Notes: generated by a model from the sequence alone, not told the origin. Numbered from the stretch's first letter, positions 17,941 to 24,757 are shown. The stretch is DNA of 32,000 nt from Halomicrobium mukohataei DSM 12286 (GCF_000023965.1 NC_013202.1:1830001-1862000); one strand, 5' to 3'. Made by a program: numbers and translations.

Positions 17941-20058
17941 CTACCAGATCGACGCCAGCTCCCAGGCTTCGACTGTCGGCAGTCGCGCGCGGCCGCCGAC
18001 GGTCGCGAGGTCGACGCCGGTCGCGTCGTCGCCGGCCGGATAGACGCGGCTCGTCAGGCAGTGGCGCTCGTTGGCGAACAGTTCGACGACCGACCCGTCG
18101 ACGAACACGCGCAGGTCCAGGGGCTCGTCGTACGGTGTGACGGGCACGTGCTGACTGTCGCTCGTCGCGCGCGGGTCCCTGCTGGAGCGACTGCGATCGA
18201 CTTCGAGCACGTCGTCTCTCGTGTATCGCAGCGTCGTGCGCTCGTTCTCCGTCGCCGTCCCGAGCAGCGTCACCTCGACGGCGTCGGCGTCGACCAGCGA
18301 GAGGCGGGTGGCGAGTTCGAACGAGCGTCCGTCGGTGTCCAGCCGGATCGACTCGCCGTCGTCGAGCGTGACGCTCTCGCGGGACTCGCAGTCGCCACGG
18401 AGTTCGGTCAGTTCCCGGGCCGGTCGCTGTCGGAGGCGGCCGTCGTCTCCGAGGGACAGCTCCCGCGGGAGCGACATCGTCCCCGACCAGCCGGCGTCCC
18501 ACTGGGCGCTCACGTCGCGCGCCTCGGGGACCCATCCCCAGGTGAGCAGGCGGCCGTCGTCTGCCCGGAGCGACTGCGGGGCGTAGTAGTCGCCGCGGTC
18601 CAGCGTCCCGCGTCGCTCCGGCTCGAAGGTCGCGCCGTCGAACTGGCCGAGGAAGTAGACCACGTCCTCGTAGTTCGAGACGTGCAACAGCTGCTTCTCC
18701 CCGAGGTCGAGTAGCTCCGGGCACTCCCAGACGGTCTCCTGTGGCGTGTCGCGGTCCCCCGAAAGGATCGGGCCACGGTACTCCCACTCACGGAGGTCCG
18801 GGGATTCGTACAACAGGACGACGCCGCCACCGTCGGCCAGTCCGGATCCGATCAGCTGGTACCAGGTCTCGCCCTCCTGCCAGACGCAGTGGTCTCGGAA
18901 CTCCCCGTTCCACTCCTCGGTCGAGAGCAGGTCCGGCTCCGTCGGGGGCGCTTCGATGATCGGATTGTCCGTCGCTTTCTCCCAGCGCCGCAGGGAGGGG
19001 TCGTCCGCCGTCGCGAGACAGGGCAGCTGGTCGCGGCCGCGCCCACCCGTGTACACGAGCGTCGCCGCGCCGTCGTCGTCGACCGCACAGCCCGACCAGC
19101 AGCCGTCGCGGTCGGGACCGTCCGGCGAGGGCGCGAGCGCAACGGGTTCGTCCTCCCAGTGGAGGAGGTCGTCGCTGACCGCGTGGCCCCAGTGGATCGT
19201 GTCGTGGTACGGGCCGCCGGGATTGTACTGGTAGAAGACGTGGTAGCGACCGTTCCACTGGACGACGCCGTTGGGGTCGTTGAGCCAGTTGGCGGGCGTC
19301 GAGAGGTGAAACTGCGGGCGGTGTGGATCGTCCTCGAAGCGATCGCGCAGGGCGGCGATCTCGCCGCCGGTCCGTGGTCGTTCGGGGATCGCGCTGTCGG
19401 CGGCGTTCGTCAGGACCGCACGGGCGAGCCTGTCGCGCTGGTCGTGGTCGCCGCCCTCGGCCGCGAAGACGAGGCCGTCACCGAGGCCGACGACGGAGCC
19501 GTCACCCAGCGACCAGCCCACGACGGTCACGAGGCCGGGCACGTCGTGGTCGGCGCTGACAGTGCTTGCCAGTACCTCGCCACGTTCCGGGAGGATCGAA
19601 TCGTAGCGCGCGAGCGTCGCGTCGGTGCCGCCTCTGGTGAGCGGCCGGCGCGTGGCCAGTGGCTCGAACAGAGGGTGGTCGTCGTAGGCCGTCTTGATCA
19701 GCGGACCGGTCGGGCCGCCGTCTGGGTCCGGCCCGACCGCGTCGGGGGTGACGGGGTCGATGCCGAGATCGTTCACCGCGGTCAGCGCCGCCAGCGAGAG
19801 GACGAGCCCGCCGCCCGAGCGGACGAACGCTCGGAGGACGCCGCCGAGGTCGGTAGTCGATCCCAGCTTCGGGGGCTCGTCGGCGTGCCACCAGCAGGTG
19901 TCGAACGCCGCCAGCGAGCGGTCGCCGTCGACGAGGTCGCTCACGGCGACGGGCGTCAGGTCCAACCCCGCCGTCTCGGCCCACTCGTCGGCCGCGGCCT
20001 GCTCCACGGACCGCCCGCCGTCGTGGAGCGACGCGATACGCACTGCCGTATCAGTCAT
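17941..20058 (-). CDS. GH32-family beta-fructosidase or fructan hydrolase with an N-terminal extension of about 240 aa
   Basis: ATG at 20058 (the track start at 20064 is TTG). GH32 motifs WLNDPNG, FRDH and WECPEL are followed by a beta-sandwich-length C-terminus. The N-terminal part has no motif I recognise. Confidence 0.8.
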   Translation of the reverse strand: MTDTAVRIASLHDGGRSVEQAAADEWAETAGLDLTPVAVSDLVDGDRSLAAFDTCWWHADEPPKLGSTTDLGGVLRAFVRSGGGLVLSLAALTAVNDLGIDPVTPDAVGPDPDGGPTGPLIKTAYDDHPLFEPLATRRPLTRGGTDATLARYDSILPERGEVLASTVSADHDVPGLVTVVGWSLGDGSVVGLGDGLVFAAEGGDHDQRDRLARAVLTNAADSAIPERPRTGGEIAALRDRFEDDPHRPQFHLSTPANWLNDPNGVVQWNGRYHVFYQYNPGGPYHDTIHWGHAVSDDLLHWEDEPVALAPSPDGPDRDGCWSGCAVDDDGAATLVYTGGRGRDQLPCLATADDPSLRRWEKATDNPIIEAPPTEPDLLSTEEWNGEFRDHCVWQEGETWYQLIGSGLADGGGVVLLYESPDLREWEYRGPILSGDRDTPQETVWECPELLDLGEKQLLHVSNYEDVVYFLGQFDGATFEPERRGTLDRGDYYAPQSLRADDGRLLTWGWVPEARDVSAQWDAGWSGTMSLPRELSLGDDGRLRQRPARELTELRGDCESRESVTLDDGESIRLDTDGRSFELATRLSLVDADAVEVTLLGTATENERTTLRYTRDDVLEVDRSRSSRDPRATSDSQHVPVTPYDEPLDLRVFVDGSVVELFANERHCLTSRVYPAGDDATGVDLATVGGRARLPTVEAWELASIW

Positions 20059-20210
20059 AAGCAAACAAAGACGAGTACAATCAAAAACGTCCCGCTCTCC
20101 GTGCCGCCGTCTCCGTCTCTCCGGTAGTGTCGGCTGTCAGCCACTGAAGCCACTCACACTGCCGAAGTGACGAGGCCGTACCAGACGGACAGCCGACGGT
20201 TTGACCGGGG

Positions 20211-20339
20211 CTACGGAGCCATCCGCGCCCGGGACTTGTACTCGATGATCGTCTCGTGACACCGCGGGCAGACGAACTCCGTCAGCTTCGTCGTCTCGTC
20301 GTTGTAGCTCATTCTGACGCCACACGCCGGACAGTTCAT
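20211..20339 (-). CDS. zinc-ribbon micro-protein (42 aa, CPxCG ... CPxC)
   Basis: ATG at 20339. MNCPACGVRMSYNDETTKLTEFVCPRCHETIIEYKSRARMAP has two Cys pairs. A TATA-like box (gctttaac on the minus strand, 20365-20374) lies about 30 nt upstream, inside the longer 94-aa track ORF. Confidence 0.55.
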   Translation of the reverse strand: MNCPACGVRMSYNDETTKLTEFVCPRCHETIIEYKSRARMAP

Positions 20340-20608
20340 TATAGTTCGTGATAGATTCTGCGGTGAGTTAAAGCTTCCGTGGCGGCGTCGTCGAGTGGCG
20401 TCCGCTCTCCGAATGACGACCGTCTGACTGAGCTTTAGGTGCAGTTCTCCCCAACAACGAGTCGAATGTTCGATCGTCGTGACACTGACTGTCAAACAGA
20501 GTCGCCGATAGTTCGCATCGATCCGACGGCTTTCGAGACGCTGTCGCTGTCGAGACCGGCGGATTCACCGTCGATCGTCCGGTGGTTCGACACGCTGGCG
20601 GGCGGCTC

Positions 20609-21718
20609 CTAGGCGTTCTCGCCGAGGCGCTCTGCGATCCGCTGGGCACCGATCGTCGGGGCGATGTCGGGCTGGTCGGCGGCGATGGCCTCGATCTCGC
20701 GGTTCAGCTCCTCGCTGAGTCGGCGCTCGAACTCCTCGACGATCCCCGGGATACAGGCCATTCCGCCCGTGAGGACGATCGGCCGGTCCAGCGCCAGCTG
20801 GTACACTTTCATGTAGTCGTTGGCCAGCTCCGGGAGGAACGTGTTGGCGACTTCCTCGACCGCGTCGTCCAGGTACTCGTCGACAGCGTCCATCACCGAG
20901 CGTTCGATCGTGAACTCGTGAGAGCCCCCGCCGGGCTGTTGAATGATGTCCGTGAAGGGCTCGAAGTCGACGAAGTCGGCGTGTTCCTCTTTGTACTCGC
21001 GGGCCGTCTGGGTATCGATGTTGACCCGCCCCTGGGTCTCTTCCTCGACGTAGTTCGCGATCATGCGGTCGACCTCGTTGCCGGTCACGGCTCCGGTCGT
21101 GAACGGCGCGAGCTGTTCACCGCGCCGGTAGGCCGACGCTTCGAGGTTCGTCGATCCCATGTTGACCGCCAGGAAGATCTCGTCGATGGCTTCCAGATCG
21201 TCGCCGAAGGCCGGGATCGCACCACAGAGGGACTCGGGGTAGCTCTCGACGAGGTGCTTGCCGATCGAACTGCCCTCGATGACCGAGGTGAGGTTCTCCA
21301 GGCCCTGAGGGTTGTCGATCGTCGGAATCGCGTAGACCACGGCGCTGTACTCGGGGAGGTCGTTCTGGTCGATCAACGCCTGGAAGAACGTCTCGGTCAG
21401 CTCCGCCCGGTCCTCGTCTTCCGGCAGTCCCGACCGGAGCATGAACTGGACGCGGTCGGGGTACTCTGCGGCTGCCTCCTCGCCGTAGAGTACCTTCTCC
21501 TCGCCGGTCAGTGCGTCCTCGTAGGTCGCGAGACAGGTCAGGGTCCTGATGATCTCGTCCTCGGTGCCACGGGCTCCGGGGACGGAGATGACGGTTCGGG
21601 TGCTGCCGAGCTTCACGCCGATGGGCACTGCCGCCTCGGCGTCGCCGACCGGTGATTCCTCGTCGACTGACTCCGACTGGTCGCCCGTCGAGGCGTCGTC
21701 TGCCGCGTCGTCACTCAT
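20609..21718 (-). CDS. actin/MreB/ParM-fold (ASKHA) ATPase with an acidic N-terminal tail
   Basis: ATG at 21718. Phosphate-1-like IGVKLGSTRTV, phosphate-2-like LAVNMGSTNLEA, and adenosine-motif-like IVLTGGMACIPGI, in the canonical order and spacing. Confidence 0.7.
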   Translation of the reverse strand: MSDDAADDASTGDQSESVDEESPVGDAEAAVPIGVKLGSTRTVISVPGARGTEDEIIRTLTCLATYEDALTGEEKVLYGEEAAAEYPDRVQFMLRSGLPEDEDRAELTETFFQALIDQNDLPEYSAVVYAIPTIDNPQGLENLTSVIEGSSIGKHLVESYPESLCGAIPAFGDDLEAIDEIFLAVNMGSTNLEASAYRRGEQLAPFTTGAVTGNEVDRMIANYVEEETQGRVNIDTQTAREYKEEHADFVDFEPFTDIIQQPGGGSHEFTIERSVMDAVDEYLDDAVEEVANTFLPELANDYMKVYQLALDRPIVLTGGMACIPGIVEEFERRLSEELNREIEAIAADQPDIAPTIGAQRIAERLGENA

Positions 21719-21741
21719 GTGCCAGTGGTTTTCCCGCGTCC

Positions 21742-21750
21742 GATATATAT
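21742..21750 (-). promoter_or_regulatory. TATA box (ATATATATC on the minus strand) for the actin-fold ATPase gene
   Basis: AT-rich octamer centred about 28 nt upstream of the ATG at 21718, consistent with a leaderless haloarchaeal transcript. Confidence 0.45.
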
Positions 21751-21836
21751 CCCCCGACCGAACTAACAGAGCTGATAATCGAACTGCCAGCAAGCACGCC
21801 GCTCGACCATCCGTCCGCGCGACCCGTTCATACCGA

Positions 21837-21903
21837 TTATTGTAGCGATTTACCGGTGATCGTCTACTCCGTGGCGACGATCACCGGTAAGCAACTACAA
21901 TAA
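21837..21903. other. 67-nt composite inverted repeat (9-bp plus 15-bp arms, 11-nt loop)
   Basis: TTATTGTAG-cgat-TTACCGGTGATCGTC-tactccgtggc-GACGATCACCGGTAA-gcaa-CTACAATAA. It starts 7 nt after the stop of the ArlD/E-like gene and lies upstream of the actin-fold gene promoter. Confidence 0.8.
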
Positions 21904-21909
21904 ACCGTA

Positions 21910-22398
21910 TCAGGCCATCGAGTGGAGCTTCGCGACGTAGACGAGACTCAGCATGTGATCGTCCACGTCGAGGCTGGCACCGTCGTTGGTCCCCGACTCG
22001 TCGATACCACGGAGGTAGTCCGACAGCGACGACTGGACGTCGTCGGTGATCCAGTCGATGTCCTCGTAGTAGTCGAGTGCCTCCTCGGCTCCCTGGTACC
22101 CCGAGTGCATCAGGAGGAACTCCAGCCACTCGAAGACGACGAACTCGGCCGCGTAGTTCTCGGGCAACGCCGCCAGATACGGCTTCTCCGTGCCGTCCGA
22201 GCCGAGGAAGGGCAGCAGCTCGCGGTAGAGACCGGCACGGAACGAATCGCCCGCGGGAGCGTCGCCGCCCTCGTCCATCGCCATTCCCAGCTCGGCCGGA
22301 TCGAGCGTCTCCTCGTCGCCCATCCCGTTGCCCGGCCGCTGTTGCTTTGCCATCTTCCGTAACTCGTCGAGATCGTAGTCGCGCGGATTGATGGTCAT
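21910..22398 (-). CDS. orphan ArlD/E (FlaD/E)-domain protein
   Basis: ATG at 22398 (the upstream start at 22422 would fall inside the TATA region). The C-terminal PYLAALPENYAAEFVVFEWLEFLLMHSGYQGAEEALDYYEDIDWITDDV matches my memory of the archaeal flagellar FlaD/E family core. Confidence 0.6.
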   Translation of the reverse strand: MTINPRDYDLDELRKMAKQQRPGNGMGDEETLDPAELGMAMDEGGDAPAGDSFRAGLYRELLPFLGSDGTEKPYLAALPENYAAEFVVFEWLEFLLMHSGYQGAEEALDYYEDIDWITDDVQSSLSDYLRGIDESGTNDGASLDVDDHMLSLVYVAKLHSMA

Positions 22399-22423
22399 GA
22401 TACTGCCCTGTTTCCCCTGCAAC

Positions 22424-22433
22424 GTGTTAAATC
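22424..22433 (-). promoter_or_regulatory. TATA box (GATTTAACAC on the minus strand) for the ArlD/E-like gene
   Basis: Centred about 31 nt upstream of the ATG at 22398. Confidence 0.4.
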
Positions 22434-22442
22434 TTGCACACA

Positions 22443-22460
22443 GTCAGACGACCGTCTGAC
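22443..22460. promoter_or_regulatory. 18-bp palindrome GTCAGACG-ac-CGTCTGAC in the divergent promoter region
   Basis: Two perfect 8-bp arms. 14 of its nucleotides (GACGACCGTCTGAC) recur exactly at 20415-20428, upstream of the zinc-ribbon gene. Confidence 0.5.
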
Positions 22461-22528
22461 ACGCTGAACGACTCGTTCTCTCGCGCCCCCTCGCTGGCTC
22501 CCAGTCCAGTCGTTGATAATCGGGAGCG

Positions 22529-22540
22529 TATTTTTATATT
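22529..22540 (+). promoter_or_regulatory. TATA box (TATTTTTATATT) for the parA-cheW-like operon
   Basis: AT-rich dodecamer centred about 37 nt upstream of the ATG at 22572. Confidence 0.45.
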
Positions 22541-22571
22541 CGGCTAGCGACGACACCCTGATACTTCGACG

Positions 22572-23483
22572 ATGAGTCGCCAATCTGGGTCCACTGTAGC
22601 GCGCCTGTGTGTGACGAACGCCAAAGGCGGCACCGGGAAGACGACGGTCGCCGTCAACGTGGCCGGCGCGCTCAACGAACGCGGCCGTGACGTGCTGTTC
22701 GTCGACCTCGACCCTCAGGGCAACGCCACGGAGGCACTGGGGCTGGTCGAGAGCTACGACGCCCAGCCACCGACGCTGTTCGACGTGCTGACGAGCGCCG
22801 ACCAGCGCTCGTCGATCGCGGATCTGATCGTGGACCACGACGAGATGGACGTGGTTCCGAGCAACATCGACATGCTCCAGGTCGAACACGAACTGACCAT
22901 CGCCGACCTCGTGGCGCGGGTCCAACACGACGACTCGATCGACATCGATCCCGAGACGCTGAGTGACCTCTCGCTGAACGTCACGCCCGATTCTGTCTCG
23001 GGCGCGCACGCACTCGACGTACTCGACGAGGCACTCGCCGTGGTCGAGGACGACTACGACTACGTCGTCATCGACTCGCCGCCCTTCTACGGGAAACTCA
23101 CAGACGCCGGTATCTACGCGTCTCAGAACATCCTCGTCCCGGCGCTGACCGAGGCGTCCTCGGAACGAGCCATCGAACTCCTGATCGACCAGATGGCCGC
23201 TCTGGAGGGCCAGACCGGCATCACCGTCAACACGCTCGGCGTGGTCGCCAACCGGGTCGAGAAGACGAACGAAGACGAGACGATGCTGTCGTGGCTCGGC
23301 GAGGTGTTCGAGGAGTTCCCGATCTGGGAGGTCCGCAAGCGCGTCGCGCTCCAGCGGGCTTTCACAGCCGGCAGTTCTATCTTCCAGTACGAGGAATCCG
23401 TGGACATGGAATCGGTCTTTCTCGACGTTGCGACGGAACTGGACAGACAGTTCGGCCTGCTGGACGAGGAGGTGCCGGCATGA
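22572..23483 (+). CDS. ParA/Soj-type P-loop ATPase (deviant Walker A)
   Basis: Deviant Walker A NAKGGTGKTT with the signature Lys. A' motif VDLDPQGNAT. Walker B YVVIDSPP. 303 aa. Confidence 0.88.
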   Translation: MSRQSGSTVARLCVTNAKGGTGKTTVAVNVAGALNERGRDVLFVDLDPQGNATEALGLVESYDAQPPTLFDVLTSADQRSSIADLIVDHDEMDVVPSNIDMLQVEHELTIADLVARVQHDDSIDIDPETLSDLSLNVTPDSVSGAHALDVLDEALAVVEDDYDYVVIDSPPFYGKLTDAGIYASQNILVPALTEASSERAIELLIDQMAALEGQTGITVNTLGVVANRVEKTNEDETMLSWLGEVFEEFPIWEVRKRVALQRAFTAGSSIFQYEESVDMESVFLDVATELDRQFGLLDEEVPA

Positions 23484-24757
23484 GCGACGACGACGAGCGC
23501 ATGGACCGCGCCAAACGGATCCGCCGGATGCGCGAAGGCCAGCGGTCCGGCGACGACGCCGACGACTCCGGGGAGGCGGACGCAGACGACACGGAGGCCG
23601 ACGACGCAGCGACGGACGCAGCCGACGAGCCGGAAGCGCCGACCGACGACGAGTCGGAAACAACTGAAGCAGCCGACGAGCCGGAAGCGACTGCAGAGTC
23701 GTCTGACGCTGCGTCCGAGGCAGTCGACGACACGGAGGCCGACGACGAAGCGACGGACGCAGCCGAGGACCCGGCAGTGACGACCGACGACCCACCAGCG
23801 ACCGACGAGGAGTCACCGTCGGAGACGGAAGCCGACGACGCGGTGACGGACCCGGAGGGCGACACGGCCGCCGAGAGGGACGAACCGAGCGAACGAACGC
23901 ACGCGACCCCACAGAACGAGGCGGCCCAGCAGCCGGCACGGGCGGACGGCGCCTCCCAGGGGACGGACGGCACACAGACGAGCGACGACAGTATGAACGA
24001 GGGCACTTCGGCGAGCGACCCGGAGGAATCGAACACGACCGACGAGGGGTCACCCGACCCCGAGGCAATCGCACAGCGGGCCGCACAGGCGGCGGCCAGT
24101 GTCTCGGGCGGCGGGACAGAGACCCAGTCGTCCCAGGCAGGTGGGGGCGAACCGACGCCGGCAGAGACTGCCGCCGCGGTCCAGGAGGCCAGCGGCGTCG
24201 AACTCCCCGACCAGGAACAGATCGACGCTGCGCTGGCGGCGTCCGACGAGTCGACCGCGGACGCCGCGAGCACGGAGACAGCACCGTCGGCGGTCGAGTC
24301 AGAGAGCACGACGACCGAGGAGTCGACGCGCGTCCTGGAGTTTACGCTCGGCGACGAGCACTACTGCATCGACATCTCGCTGGTCGAGGAGATCGTCAAA
24401 CGTGACACGATCACGCGCGTGCCAAACACCGACGAGTACATCGAGGGCGTGGTCGACCTGCGGGGCCAGATCACGACGATCCTCGATCCGAAGGCGCTGC
24501 TCGACATCGACGCCGAGGGCCAGGAGTCCCTGATGATCGTCTTCGACCCCGAAGCGTTCGACGACCAGGGCGCGATCGGCTGGATCGTCGACGAGGTCCG
24601 GCAGGTCGCTCCCGTCGTGGAGTCCGAGATCAACGAGCCCCCGGTCAACGACGAGTACATCCGGGGCGTCGTCGACCGCGACGACGGGTTCGTCATCTGG
24701 ACGAAACCCGAAGTGGCGATCAAGCTCGCGACCGCCGAGGAGACCGACGACGGGTAG
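23480..24757 (+). CDS. CheW-domain protein with a basic N-terminal peptide and an acidic disordered linker of about 255 aa
   Basis: ATG at 23480 overlaps the parA stop (ATGA). Residues 8-24 are basic (MDRAKRIRRMREGQRSG). Residues about 25-280 are D/E/T/A/S-rich with internal repeats. Residues about 283-420 look like a CheW fold (VLEFTLGDEHYCIDISLVEEIV...IEGVVDLRGQITTILDPKALL...IRGVV). Confidence 0.75.
   Translation: MSDDDERMDRAKRIRRMREGQRSGDDADDSGEADADDTEADDAATDAADEPEAPTDDESETTEAADEPEATAESSDAASEAVDDTEADDEATDAAEDPAVTTDDPPATDEESPSETEADDAVTDPEGDTAAERDEPSERTHATPQNEAAQQPARADGASQGTDGTQTSDDSMNEGTSASDPEESNTTDEGSPDPEAIAQRAAQAAASVSGGGTETQSSQAGGGEPTPAETAAAVQEASGVELPDQEQIDAALAASDESTADAASTETAPSAVESESTTTEESTRVLEFTLGDEHYCIDISLVEEIVKRDTITRVPNTDEYIEGVVDLRGQITTILDPKALLDIDAEGQESLMIVFDPEAFDDQGAIGWIVDEVRQVAPVVESEINEPPVNDEYIRGVVDRDDGFVIWTKPEVAIKLATAEETDDG

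Noticed and set aside
17942-17956. TACCAGATCGA match to the start of repeat copy A, inside the 3' end of the GH32 gene
   Set aside because: Only 11 nt match, they lie in coding sequence (the ...SIW stop), and there is no adjoining hairpin. This is treated as chance or too weak to call.
20211-20495. 94-aa version of the zinc-ribbon ORF
   Set aside because: The N-terminal 52 aa are basic and non-haloarchaeal in composition, and they overlap the TATA-like box that fits the internal ATG at 20339.
22395-24284. 629-aa minus-strand ORF opposite the parA and cheW-like genes
   Set aside because: Extremely Arg/Pro/Ser-rich (RRPRS-type runs). The plus strand has Walker motifs and a CheW-like domain.
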